DNA from: Dehalococcoidia bacterium
Lineage (GTDB): Bacteria; Chloroflexota; Dehalococcoidia; UBA6926
Direction of reading: 5' to 3'
Assembly (NCBI GenBank): GCA_965204885.1
Contig: OZ242019.1
Span: 1,127,327-1,191,326 of the forward strand
DNA: 64,000 nucleotides
Under the pieces are notes generated by a model. That model did no database searches. It was given only the letters and a program-made list of their open reading frames with translations, and was not told the DNA's origin. A program made the position numbers and the translations under genes. Below are positions 8,883-19,095 of the stretch, piece by piece (the stretch's first letter is position 1; every line of letters begins with the position of its first letter).

Positions 8883-10838
8883 TCAAGAGGCTGCGTCCAA
8901 GGTTTCGCCAAGTATTTCTTTCAGTACATACCGTTTGAATGCGTCAACACTTGTGAAGCAGCGGTAACCGGCGCTTGCGCCAACAGAGAGTGTCTCAATC
9001 CCTTCATCAAGCAGAACCGCAACAGGTTGGCTCAAGCCCTCTTGTAGGCCATTTGGCCATGCCAAATCGAATATCGCTAGTGGAGAGTCGTTTTCGGGGT
9101 CAGTGTAATCAAATCCCATTTCGCCATGTGCGAGCCCGTGAGATTCCACCCAGTCATTGAGGTTCACTAGCTCAGCCTCCTCGTCCGAGCTAGCAATCTC
9201 GCCCGGAACCTCAATCGGTTGGCTGGCCGACGGTTCCTGCGTTACCGGCGATGGCGTTGGCTCCGAACTCTCGGTGAGAGTGCTCATCAACTTATTAGTC
9301 TGGGCGGCCATTAGTTGTGCCCGCTCCTCGAGAAAGCCAGGATAATTGTCTAGGTGCCAAAGATTACGATTCGTAGGAATCCACTGTGATTCGAGTGCGC
9401 CGGGATGATTAGCGGCAACTTCTTCGAGATACTCCTGAGGATTACGATTGCTAATCTGCAGATTGCTGTCCTTTGTCAGGAAACAAAGATTGCCCAACGC
9501 ATTGACTTGGGCGCGCGAGTAACCGTGCTTATAGAGCAAGGATTTAGGAAATATGTGATGAACCTCAAGCTGATTCATTTTCCCAACATTGCCTTGCTTG
9601 AGAGGCAAACCGGTTCCCAAATCTCTACTGTCGGACATCCTCGTGAGCATATATAGAACGGGGTAAAACCTTGCGCCGAGCCCCAGACCTTCTGAAAAGT
9701 GCTGGGATTCGACTGTTGGACGATTCCAAATCCTGACACGTTCCACGAGTGACTCAAGCGGCGATTTGGTGTCATTGTCGAGTGTTGCCAGATCCTGCTC
9801 AAGCGATGTTTCTGTGTTGCCAGAGTACCGGCCCCACATACCAGCTTGGGCATAGTAGTAGAGCAGATTTCCTTGTTCGAGGGCATCCGGCGATTTATTG
9901 TATCGATCATAGAACCGTGCCATGACTGGCACTGCGTGGCGGGCAAAAAATACTCTGTCGTGATCCAGACCCAAGCGGCCATCAATCAATGCAATGATGG
10001 CATCAATTGACCTTACGGCTCTGCCAAGCCCATCCTTCACTTCTTCGGAAGACTTTTCGCTTAAATATCTGAAATCGGCTCGCCCGGTAAGGATGGAGTT
10101 GATCGACCGAAGAAGCCATACAAGGTCGAAATAGTAGCCTTTTTTATTCCACTCATCCAGTGCGTCCTTCATTCTTTCTCTAGCCTCGGGCCAACCGGCG
10201 CATATCTTCGCTAGTGCCAGATCGCCTTTAGAGAGCTTGGTGCCACCACTGTTCACGCGGTTGAAAATATCGACCACAATATCAAGATCAAGATCTTTGC
10301 TCGCCATTATCTCTATTGGCAACTCGACCTCCCGAATCCCCAAGAGGCGACTCAGACGGCCATAGATTTCAGATGTCCGAAGAGTGTCGTTCTCCGGTAA
10401 GTCAACGTGGTCGAGGTAGCTAGACCCTGCACGCATAACGTCCGTGACGTTTACCCAGAGCGGATCGTCGCGCATTCTTATCGCTTGATAAAACTCGAAC
10501 CTCTCGGTACCAACGTGGAACATTAAACCAGTGAATGTTCTTTCATCGCCGTCAAAGAATCCAGGAGGTCCTCCCCTGACAACGCCATACAATGTCGTGA
10601 CTCGCTGCTGACCATCCAGCAACAACTGCACGACGCCCGGCGGGGGTGTATTTGAGCCTCGAAAGTCCGCAGTACTTGCGGATGTCTCCCAAATGAGCAA
10701 GCCTCCCACGGGATGCTTGCGATACAGTGAATCGAACAGACTTCTAACTTGTTCTCTGTTCCATACGTAACTTCGCTGAAACTTTGGCAGACTTATTTGC
10801 CCGCTGTCGACTCGGTCAAGGATTGTGGATATCTGCAC
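8883..10838 (-). CDS. GmrSD-family type IV restriction endonuclease (DUF262 + DUF1524) with extra C-terminal domain
   Basis: N-terminal LPKFQRSYVW...LLDGQQRVTTL (DUF262/ParB-like) and EVHHIFPKS (DUF1524 His-Me finger); P/S/E-rich linker then ~100 aa tail with FDLAWPNG...VAVLLDEG; AT-rich. Confidence 0.8.
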   Translation of the reverse strand: MQISTILDRVDSGQISLPKFQRSYVWNREQVRSLFDSLYRKHPVGGLLIWETSASTADFRGSNTPPPGVVQLLLDGQQRVTTLYGVVRGGPPGFFDGDERTFTGLMFHVGTERFEFYQAIRMRDDPLWVNVTDVMRAGSSYLDHVDLPENDTLRTSEIYGRLSRLLGIREVELPIEIMASKDLDLDIVVDIFNRVNSGGTKLSKGDLALAKICAGWPEARERMKDALDEWNKKGYYFDLVWLLRSINSILTGRADFRYLSEKSSEEVKDGLGRAVRSIDAIIALIDGRLGLDHDRVFFARHAVPVMARFYDRYNKSPDALEQGNLLYYYAQAGMWGRYSGNTETSLEQDLATLDNDTKSPLESLVERVRIWNRPTVESQHFSEGLGLGARFYPVLYMLTRMSDSRDLGTGLPLKQGNVGKMNQLEVHHIFPKSLLYKHGYSRAQVNALGNLCFLTKDSNLQISNRNPQEYLEEVAANHPGALESQWIPTNRNLWHLDNYPGFLEERAQLMAAQTNKLMSTLTESSEPTPSPVTQEPSASQPIEVPGEIASSDEEAELVNLNDWVESHGLAHGEMGFDYTDPENDSPLAIFDLAWPNGLQEGLSQPVAVLLDEGIETLSVGASAGYRCFTSVDAFKRYVLKEILGETLDAAS

Positions 10839-11040
10839 GTATTCTGGTCTCCTTGATAGGCATCATGTTAGTAGATAGCGACAACCTGACTCAGCCTAAC
10901 ACGATGGTGGCTCAGCACGGAATGATGCCTAAGCAGTTTCGATTTCAGACTCTACGTGCTCCCGCAGCCGCCGCGATGTACTCATCCCAGAGGCGAGTTT
11001 CTTCTGTGGTGGTCATTGTTGAACTCCTACTTCTGGACGC

Positions 11041-13626
11041 TTATACGTCGTCTGTATGCCTCCATCTCCTCCTCGCGCCTACCAGGCCAAGCAAAAGGCC
11101 GCCGAGGAGGAGGATGTCTGCGGTGGGGGCGCCGGCGAAGCAGCCGCCGCCGGAGTCGCCTTCATCCTCGCCGTTCGTTGGGATCGTCGTTGTGCCGTCG
11201 CCGCCCGTCGTTGTGCCGGTGGCGGACGCTTCCACGGTCAGGACGCGTTCCGAAACGGTCGAAAGTTGATCGCTGTAGGCGGTGATGGAGAGGCGGTAGA
11301 GGCCGGGGACGAGCGCGGCCGTCTCACCTGCAGAGAACGGCACGGTGAACCCGCCGCCGTCCGCCGTTGCGTCGCCGGATTTGACGACATTGCCCGTCGC
11401 GGGATCCGACCACACGTAGCGGACACCCAGCTCGCCGGGGCCGTCAACGTTCACGCTTACGTCCAGCGACTGCCCGATGACGATGCCGCCGACGCTCTCC
11501 GGTTCAAGGCTGATGGGCTCCGCCGCGCCGAAGTGCCAGTCGCCCGGCTTGAACGGGTAGTTCTCATCGCGGAATGCCTTGAGTTCGGCGAACTGCGCGG
11601 GCGGATCGAATCGCTCCAGGTAGAACGGCCCGTTGCTGATCACCATCAGGCTGCGCTCATCGAACCACGACTGCGCGGCGCGATAGCGCTCAAGCGCCTC
11701 CTGCTCCGTCACGAGGGCCTGCCCGCCGATGGTCAGCGCCGCCATGGGCACGAAGCCATCGCGCTCGAACTGCCCAAGCGCGCGGTCGACGGTGCGGGCG
11801 TCGCGGTCCTGCACCAGGCTGAGCCAGGGCACGCCGAATCGCTGCGCGGACGTATCGCTGTAGGCGGCGCGGCGCTGGTTGAACACCACGTCATCCATGG
11901 CGGCGAGCACCTCCCACGGCATGGTCATGCCGCCGGGGACGGCGTATTCCGCGATGTAGTCGTCCACGAAGTGCCAGTAATCGACGTAGACCTCGATACG
12001 GTTTTCATCCAGCACGCGGAAGCCGCGGATGGTGTCCAACAGCGGCTTGGCGGTTGTTGAGATGGCAAACTCGACCTGCGACTTCTCCGGCCCGTAAACC
12101 ATGTCAAAGGTCTGGTAGATGTCATAGACAAGGTCGGCCATCGTGATCTGCTGGCCGTGATGCCACGGGGCCTGGAAGAACTTGCTGTAGTCGAACGTGA
12201 CCTTTGAGGTGGCCTCCACGCCATCGCCCACGCTCGCCCACTCTCCTGCATCCGCGTCCCATCGCTGGACGTTGGAGGGCACGGGCATCTTTGCGCCCGG
12301 CCCCGCCGTTTCCACCTGGTAGTTGGCGCGCATGGGGATGGGCAGGCCGGTGAACGGATGTCGCGTCATTGCCGGATCGGCCAGGTTGCGCCACACGTCG
12401 GCGCTGTAGACATCGCCAAAGCCGGAGACAGGGTTCCATGTGCTGCGCTCTGTCCATACCCACAGATGGCCGACGGTGAGCGTGTCCTGATCCGGCACAT
12501 ATGCCTCACGGAACGTCCACTGGAGCTTCGGTCCCGCCGCCACGTCCTCCGTCACTCCGACGATGTTCGAGTTGGCGGGGAATGTTGTCAGGATTGTCGC
12601 GAGCCAGACGCGAACGGACTCTTCGACGGACAAGCGCGTGACCTCCTGGTACAGCGCGTCGCGCTCCTCGCGGTCGTTAAAATCGCCGCGGAATATGCGT
12701 TGTCCGAGGTCATCGATTCGCGCATTCTCGTACTGCCAGAAGCCGGTTTCCTGCCAGCCGGGCATGCTGCCCAGCCACGGCGCGGTCATCTGGTTGATGG
12801 TGGCGGAGTCATAGCGTTCCGCCGCGCCGCGCCCCCATCCTTCCGTGTAGGCGTGCCACTCAAACAGTTGCGGATCAGTGCTGTAAACGGTGAGGATGGC
12901 CGGGGCGAACTGGTGATAGATGGGAGCAATCAGGAATCCCGCCTGTTCCAACTCGGCGCGGATCAGGTCACCCACCTCGCGGCGCTCATCCTCCACGCGG
13001 ATGATGAACCGCAGGCGGATCGGCTCGTCGTTGTAATTCCACGCGCCGTCCACCATCGTTGCGCCAGCCGCCGTCATGGCGTCGGCGATGGCTGCACGTG
13101 CCCGTTCCGGGTCATAGGACAGGTCCTGCCGCGCCAGCATCTCCGCAACGACCGTGTAATCAAAGTCGAACGGGTTGACGTGCGTTTCCATGGGACGGGC
13201 GAGGCCCTTGTAGATTTCCTGCGTGATGAACTCGCGGTTGACGAGGTGTTGGACCGCGCGCCGCACCTCCGGCAGGGAGAACGGGTTGAGCTGCCCCTCC
13301 GGCGCGGGCGCCGGGTTCAGGATGAGGGAGATCGTCGATGCCGGCGCCTCGTACAACTCGATGGAACCATCGTCGCGCAGGGCCTGCGCCGCGTCCGTCT
13401 TGAGATTGAAGATGTACATGTCCATCTCATCTCGCTGGATCTCCTGCGGCGCGAGGTCAACGTTGAATGAGCGGTAGTGGAGCGTATCCACGGCTGGCCC
13501 GGGCAGGTCATGCGGCGGGCGGTAGTCATCACCGCTCTGGGCGAGCACTGCGCCGCTCCCGGCCACGAGGCCGGCTACCAGCACAAGACCGAGGATGAGC
13601 GGGAGACGGAGCTTAAAATTACGCAT
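11041..13626 (-). CDS. secreted solute-binding-protein-like (family 5-like) protein with C-terminal Cys-containing sorting-like tail
   Basis: Signal peptide MRNFKLRLPLILGLVLVAGLVAGSGAVLA; start ATG at 13626 lies 4 nt after the upstream stop; tail ...DSGGGCFAGAPTADILLLGGLLLGLVGARRRWR. Confidence 0.55.
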   Translation of the reverse strand: MRNFKLRLPLILGLVLVAGLVAGSGAVLAQSGDDYRPPHDLPGPAVDTLHYRSFNVDLAPQEIQRDEMDMYIFNLKTDAAQALRDDGSIELYEAPASTISLILNPAPAPEGQLNPFSLPEVRRAVQHLVNREFITQEIYKGLARPMETHVNPFDFDYTVVAEMLARQDLSYDPERARAAIADAMTAAGATMVDGAWNYNDEPIRLRFIIRVEDERREVGDLIRAELEQAGFLIAPIYHQFAPAILTVYSTDPQLFEWHAYTEGWGRGAAERYDSATINQMTAPWLGSMPGWQETGFWQYENARIDDLGQRIFRGDFNDREERDALYQEVTRLSVEESVRVWLATILTTFPANSNIVGVTEDVAAGPKLQWTFREAYVPDQDTLTVGHLWVWTERSTWNPVSGFGDVYSADVWRNLADPAMTRHPFTGLPIPMRANYQVETAGPGAKMPVPSNVQRWDADAGEWASVGDGVEATSKVTFDYSKFFQAPWHHGQQITMADLVYDIYQTFDMVYGPEKSQVEFAISTTAKPLLDTIRGFRVLDENRIEVYVDYWHFVDDYIAEYAVPGGMTMPWEVLAAMDDVVFNQRRAAYSDTSAQRFGVPWLSLVQDRDARTVDRALGQFERDGFVPMAALTIGGQALVTEQEALERYRAAQSWFDERSLMVISNGPFYLERFDPPAQFAELKAFRDENYPFKPGDWHFGAAEPISLEPESVGGIVIGQSLDVSVNVDGPGELGVRYVWSDPATGNVVKSGDATADGGGFTVPFSAGETAALVPGLYRLSITAYSDQLSTVSERVLTVEASATGTTTGGDGTTTIPTNGEDEGDSGGGCFAGAPTADILLLGGLLLGLVGARRRWRHTDDV

Positions 13627-16003
13627 CGGACTCGACCTCGTCATTGTTGTTCGCCCGGCGGCGTCTGCGCACGTTGAGCTGCACCGCGCCGATGATGCCC
13701 AATGCAATCAACCCCACCAACGCCATGTCCGCCGTCGCGTTGCCCGTGCCGCACCCGCCGGACGCACCATTATCATCTGTTTCGCCGGACTCGATACGCT
13801 CCAGCGCCTCCTGGATGCTGGCCAGGGCCTCTGAACTCAACGCAGCCTTGATGTCCGCGATGTCCGCGGCGGTCTCCTGAAGATTATCGAAGCCGAACTC
13901 ATTGTAGAAGGACGCCGTCGCGGAGTTGCCGGAGGCGTCGAAAACGGCGACGCTCTGCGGCCCCTCGCCGGCAGTCGGGAAGAAGAGCTGCGTCGTGAAT
14001 CGCCCCTCATCGTTCGACTCGATGGTGGATACGAGAACGCCGCTGACGAGGATGAAGATGTCCTGATCGGCCTGGAAATTGAACCCCTGGATAGTCACCG
14101 TTGTGGCGGACGCGCCGCGCGCCGGTGAGAGGAAGATCGACGGGCTGGGCATCTGGCGCATCCGCGCAAACCCGATCTTCTGGTTCGTGCCCTGGAACTC
14201 GCCGAGACGGGTGTCAGGCCATACGAGGTACACGTCCTCATCAGTGGCAGCTATTGCCATGTAGTCACCAATGAACTGACCACCGGGGAATCCGAAGTTG
14301 GGGTTGGACGCGGAGTCCGTGACGCGGGAGTTGATGCTGAACGACTCCCCGTTGTCCTCGGACACGGCGTAGTAAATGTGATAGCGAAGGTCGATTCCCG
14401 GATCGTCCCGCGTATCCGCCCACATGACGTGAACCTTGCCGTCCGGTGAAACATCAATCGATGGGAAGAACTGGATGCCGGACGTGCGGTCATCGTTGAT
14501 TCGGAGTGGTGGGCGGCTCCACGTCCGCCCCTCGTCCATGGAACGGATAAACATCACGTCCGCGTCATCAGACGGGTCGCCGGACGGCGCGGCGGAAAAC
14601 GTCACGTACAGTTCCTCATTCGGCCCGACGGCTATTCGTGAGAAGGCTGACCCCCAGAATCGGTAGAAGCTGCTTCTTGGCGAGAAGCCCAACTCCAGGT
14701 AGCTAGCGGCCTGCCGCCCGCTTTCGAACGTGTCGCCCCCGTCCTCGGACTTCGCGACGTACATCTGTGCCAGCCCTTCGAACGGGCCGTCGTCAGAGGA
14801 GTCCATCCACGAAACGTAAACGGTTCCGTCGTCATGCGTCGCCACATAGGAGCCCTGGACGATGCGCTTCAGGCTCTCAATGACCTGCCCGCCGGGGATT
14901 GTGTCCGGCGATTGCAGCGCCCCAGGATTTTCCTGAATGGTCACCTGCTCCGCGCCGCCAAACTCGAAGACCTGCCGGATGATCGGGCTGACGACAACAG
15001 GATCGGACCAAGTGATGCCGCCGTCCTCTGAGCTAACCACTTCGATGGTCGTCTGAAGGACGGGATCGCTGAGGAAGGCGAGCTCATCCGTATAGCGGAT
15101 GCGGTACGTCGTGTTGAAGTGGGTGTAGGAGATGTAGATGATGTCCGAGTCCGGGTCATCCGGGTTTGGGCCCACGGCCAGCCACGGCTTGTCCAGGAAC
15201 CCGAGAGATATGGTTCCACGGGTTCGGCCAAGCGAATCAATCTCAAACTCGGATGTTACTCCGCTCCTGACCGCCGGCGTGCCCTGCGTCCACGTGAATC
15301 CGCCGTCACTGGACGAACTCAACGCCATGCTGGAGACAACCGCCGACCCCAACAGGTTGCCGACCGTGAACTCTTCGATGTCAAGGGAGATGAAGGTGTT
15401 GTAGATGGAACCGTCCCGGTCGAATGCCAGAACAGGGTCGCCGCCCGCACCGAGTTCCTCGCGCGGGCGCTTGATCACCGCAGGCCCCTCCCACGTCACG
15501 CCGCCGTCATAGGTCACGTACATGGTGGTGCCCGGGAAGTTGTAGTCGATCATGCCGGCGACGATGTGGTCCGGGTCGTCCGGATCGACGGCCAGATGCG
15601 GCTCCGTCTGGAGCGGGGCCGCGCTGAAATCCGTCGGGATCAGGATGTTGCGGCTGAAACGCGCCGAGGGATCGCGGTAGGGGACGAGAACGCCGCCCTG
15701 CGAATCAGGCGCGCCCTGCGCGGAGGCGACGGGGCCTGTCTGCCCCTCGCCGGCGATACTTTCCGAGTCCGCGTCGATGCCCTGGGCCATCAGCGAGACA
15801 CGCCCGGACAGGTACCGGGCAGTCTGATCTCTAAAAGCGAGCACATCAGGCGCAAGGTACGGATAGTCGGGTGTGAGGATGCCCGGAGAGCCTGTCGTCT
15901 GCCGCTCGCCCTCCTGCGCTCCGGCAAAGCCTGCCGGGGAGACAGCTAACACGATCACAGAGATAGCCGTTAGTACTAGTAGTCGGGTCAGATTCCGCTG
16001 CAT
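13619..16003 (-). CDS. secreted BNR/Asp-box repeat protein (sialidase-fold-like) with C-terminal sorting-like tail
   Basis: Signal peptide; at least six S-x-D-x-G-x-T-W/F repeats (YDGGVTWEG, SSDGGFTWTQG, SEDGGITWSDP, SEDGGDTFESG, SMDEGRTWSRP, SEDNGESFS); tail ...GASGGCGTGNATADMALVGLIALGIIGAVQLNVRRRRR. Confidence 0.7.
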   Translation of the reverse strand: MQRNLTRLLVLTAISVIVLAVSPAGFAGAQEGERQTTGSPGILTPDYPYLAPDVLAFRDQTARYLSGRVSLMAQGIDADSESIAGEGQTGPVASAQGAPDSQGGVLVPYRDPSARFSRNILIPTDFSAAPLQTEPHLAVDPDDPDHIVAGMIDYNFPGTTMYVTYDGGVTWEGPAVIKRPREELGAGGDPVLAFDRDGSIYNTFISLDIEEFTVGNLLGSAVVSSMALSSSSDGGFTWTQGTPAVRSGVTSEFEIDSLGRTRGTISLGFLDKPWLAVGPNPDDPDSDIIYISYTHFNTTYRIRYTDELAFLSDPVLQTTIEVVSSEDGGITWSDPVVVSPIIRQVFEFGGAEQVTIQENPGALQSPDTIPGGQVIESLKRIVQGSYVATHDDGTVYVSWMDSSDDGPFEGLAQMYVAKSEDGGDTFESGRQAASYLELGFSPRSSFYRFWGSAFSRIAVGPNEELYVTFSAAPSGDPSDDADVMFIRSMDEGRTWSRPPLRINDDRTSGIQFFPSIDVSPDGKVHVMWADTRDDPGIDLRYHIYYAVSEDNGESFSINSRVTDSASNPNFGFPGGQFIGDYMAIAATDEDVYLVWPDTRLGEFQGTNQKIGFARMRQMPSPSIFLSPARGASATTVTIQGFNFQADQDIFILVSGVLVSTIESNDEGRFTTQLFFPTAGEGPQSVAVFDASGNSATASFYNEFGFDNLQETAADIADIKAALSSEALASIQEALERIESGETDDNGASGGCGTGNATADMALVGLIALGIIGAVQLNVRRRRRANNNDEVESDA

Positions 16004-16174
16004 GTGTCTAATACCTCCGTGGGGTTGCCCCGGCGCTTTATGAACGTCTGTGAAAGGTCGGCCCCGGAGTGCAAGTTTGGTCGCGGAACCCGACTCGTAT
16101 CATAATAGGAATACTGCCAATTCCGCATCGCTTGTTCACTCTCCAAGTGTTGTTCCGATAGGAGGAACCAGTCA

Positions 16175-18508
16175 GTGTCACATACCCTTGGTCGATGGAT
16201 TGCGCCGCGCTTCGTAGTCCTCACCCTCACCATCGCGCTCGGCCTCGTTCTCATTGTTGCCGCATGCAACGGTGATGAGGCCACGCTGACGCCGGAGACC
16301 GTTGAACCGGCGACTCCCACCCCAGCGGCGACGCCGCTATCGATTCCTACCGCTACTGTTACCCCTGAGACGACCGCCGCTGCGCCCACTGCCATACCAA
16401 CTCAAACGGATGACGACGATGAAACGGAAGCACTTATTCCATCCGATTTGGAAACCTATACGGATGACCTCTATGGCTACACGGTGGAGGTACCCGAAAA
16501 CTGGACCGGCGCGCGACCGGAAAGCGGATCAGTGAGCGTTGCCACGGTCTTTGACACTGATAATGAGGACATCATTGCCCAGACATTTGTCCTCTTCACC
16601 GCCGAGGAGGCGCACGCGGCTGACATTGCCCGTGAACAGATAACGCCGCTGGCCGGACTCAGCGGATTCCGCACAATCACAGAGTCGGACATCATCCTGG
16701 ACGACGGCTTGGAAGCTCACCAGGTCTTCTACGGTTACGGCACCGGCACCAACGAACACCGCGGCTCGGTTACCTTTATTGCTCGCGGAACAATGGCCAT
16801 GGGCATCCAGACGCAGGCTCCACGCACCATCTATGAGCGCAACTTTGACGTACTGGATTCTGTTTCCACCAGCATCCGCGCCGTCGCTCCACAGCCTTTT
16901 GGCGCGCCTTCTGACGACACCCTTGTCCTCTACCTCGACCGAGGGCCGCTGACACTGGATCCCGGGGTATCAACAGATGCCCAGTCCTCGCAGTACATTC
17001 GCCAGATATTCAGCGGCCTCGCGCGCCTCGATGCAGACCTGATTCCGGAGCCTGACCTCGCCACATGGGACGTTTCGGAAGACGGCACCGTTTACACGTT
17101 CACCATCAAGGACGGCGCCCAGTTCCATGACGGCACTCCCGTAACGGCGCAGGACTTCATCTTCTCGTGGGAACGTGCCCTGAACCGCAACCTGCCGCCT
17201 GTCGGCGGAAGCGCAGGATCGTATCTTGATGACATCGTTGGCGCAAAGGCATATCACGCGGGTGAGGCCGACTCCGTCACCGGCCTTGAGGCGACAGACG
17301 ATTCAACCCTTGTCGTCACCATCGACGAGGCCAAGAGCTACTTCGTCTCCAAGCTGACGCACCCATCCGCCTACGTGGTACTGCAATCCAACGTACCGGA
17401 GGTTCCTGACCCTCGCCTCGTTGAAGAGGAGGATGAGAACGGGGAATCCTCTGAAGATGAGCAAACGGATGACGCCGACGGTGAAGACCGGCCGGATCCG
17501 TGGTACTACACCGCGATCGGGACCGGGCCGTATCGCCTCGCGCACTACGAGTCGTCCCGAGCGGCGCATTTGACCGTGTTTGAGGGCTACCTTGGCCCCT
17601 CACACTCCATTGGCAACCTGGTCTTCCGTTTCCACGCGGGACTCTCGACGGCGATGGTTGAAGAGGGATTTATCGACGCAACCACGCGGATCGGATCGGG
17701 GGACTACGATTCCCTCGTTGAAGAAGAAAGCCCGTTGGTTGAGCACATCACACAGACGGACGCCCTGAGCGTTCAGTACCTGGCTTTCAATACGGTGACG
17801 GGGCCTAATGACACTGAGGCGCCGTTCAGTGACCCGGACGTTCGCCGCGCCTTCCTGATGGCAGTGGATCGGCAAGCAATCTTTGAAGAGCATGCCGCCT
17901 CCGGCGTAAAGATTGCGCACGGGTTCATGCCGCCCGGCCTCCCCGGCTATGACGAAAACATTGAGGAAATCACGTACGATCCCGTGGCCGCAAAGGCACT
18001 TTTGGACGGCACCGAATTTGGCCAACTTGGAGACGAACAACCCCCAATCTTTGTTGCGGATTCCGGCGACGCGGGGGAGATTTACCGCGCCATCTTCAGT
18101 CAATGGCAGGACAATCTTGGCGTCCGCATCCAGTATCGACCCATCGGCCGCACGTACTTCTACCAACTGCCCCAAGTCGTGGAGGCGGGTTTCGGTATCT
18201 ACGGCTACGGATGGCTTGCCGACTACCCCGACCCGCACAACTTCCTCGATGTTCTCTTCCATACCGAGTCCCCGAACAATGACGGCAAGGCGGGTTCTAC
18301 AGCAATCGACGAACTGCTGGAACAGGCCAGAATCGCCGGAGAGGGGCGCATGGAGCAATATCAAGAGATTGAACGCAGGATGATCCAGGAAGCCGTAGCC
18401 CTCCCGCTCTACTTCGGCAGTGACTACATCCTTGTCTCCGAGCGCGTTGGGAGCCTTTCGCTCGATGCGCAGGGCTTCCTGCGGCTGGAAGACGCTGCGC
18501 TGAACTGA
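16175..18508 (+). CDS. ABC transporter substrate-binding protein, family 5 (peptide/nickel type), lipoprotein
   Basis: GTG start with SD aggagg; lipobox LIVAAC; low-complexity P/T/A linker; SBP_bac_5-type core (YLDRGPLTLDPG...AQFHDGTPVTAQDF). Confidence 0.8.
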   Translation: MSHTLGRWIAPRFVVLTLTIALGLVLIVAACNGDEATLTPETVEPATPTPAATPLSIPTATVTPETTAAAPTAIPTQTDDDDETEALIPSDLETYTDDLYGYTVEVPENWTGARPESGSVSVATVFDTDNEDIIAQTFVLFTAEEAHAADIAREQITPLAGLSGFRTITESDIILDDGLEAHQVFYGYGTGTNEHRGSVTFIARGTMAMGIQTQAPRTIYERNFDVLDSVSTSIRAVAPQPFGAPSDDTLVLYLDRGPLTLDPGVSTDAQSSQYIRQIFSGLARLDADLIPEPDLATWDVSEDGTVYTFTIKDGAQFHDGTPVTAQDFIFSWERALNRNLPPVGGSAGSYLDDIVGAKAYHAGEADSVTGLEATDDSTLVVTIDEAKSYFVSKLTHPSAYVVLQSNVPEVPDPRLVEEEDENGESSEDEQTDDADGEDRPDPWYYTAIGTGPYRLAHYESSRAAHLTVFEGYLGPSHSIGNLVFRFHAGLSTAMVEEGFIDATTRIGSGDYDSLVEEESPLVEHITQTDALSVQYLAFNTVTGPNDTEAPFSDPDVRRAFLMAVDRQAIFEEHAASGVKIAHGFMPPGLPGYDENIEEITYDPVAAKALLDGTEFGQLGDEQPPIFVADSGDAGEIYRAIFSQWQDNLGVRIQYRPIGRTYFYQLPQVVEAGFGIYGYGWLADYPDPHNFLDVLFHTESPNNDGKAGSTAIDELLEQARIAGEGRMEQYQEIERRMIQEAVALPLYFGSDYILVSERVGSLSLDAQGFLRLEDAALN

Positions 18509-18570
18509 GAAGAGCAGCAGGGCGTTTCCCAAAGACACGTCGATATTGACGAATCGAAAAGGAGAATCCT

Positions 18571-18945
18571 ATGCCCCGTCCGATCGCGCATTTTGAAATC
18601 GCAGCCCGCGACGCCCAGACACTGCAGGCGTTCTACGGCGCGCTGTTTGACTGGGATATCAACGCGGACAATCCCATGTCCTATGGCCTCGTCACCGCGA
18701 AGGACGGCGACGTGGGCATCGACGGCGCGATCTATAACCATGATGCCGAGGACGAGAATGACCGCCCCGGCATCCGCCTCTACATGCAGGTGGATGATGC
18801 CGACGCCTACGCGGCCCGCGCGGAGGAACTCGGCGGCAAATCCATGGGTCCCGCGCAAGAGGTGCCCGGCTTTGGGATCAAGGTGGGCGGCATCATCGAC
18901 CCTGAGGGCAACATCATCGGCGTCATCCAGGCACTGGACGAATAG
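18571..18945 (+). CDS. VOC (glyoxalase/bleomycin-resistance) family protein
   Basis: 124 aa; HFEIAARD...GIIDPEGNIIGV pattern; SD aaaaggag. Confidence 0.6.
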   Translation: MPRPIAHFEIAARDAQTLQAFYGALFDWDINADNPMSYGLVTAKDGDVGIDGAIYNHDAEDENDRPGIRLYMQVDDADAYAARAEELGGKSMGPAQEVPGFGIKVGGIIDPEGNIIGVIQALDE

Positions 18946-18954
18946 AAAAAAATA

Positions 18955-19031
18955 TGGAGGCGACGGCGGGATTCGAACCCACGAATAGGGGATTTGCAGT
19001 CCCCCGCCTTAAACCACTTGGCTACGTCGCC
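18955..19031 (-). tRNA. tRNA-Cys (GCA)
   Basis: Reverse complement: GGCGACG acceptor, anticodon loop CTGCAAA, GGTTCGAATCC T-arm, CCA encoded. Confidence 0.8.
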
Positions 19032-19095
19032 CCGGTTCCGTCTGATGCCGTGTGACTGACAGAGTACCCATGATAGCGCCGTTGTCCAGCGGGTG

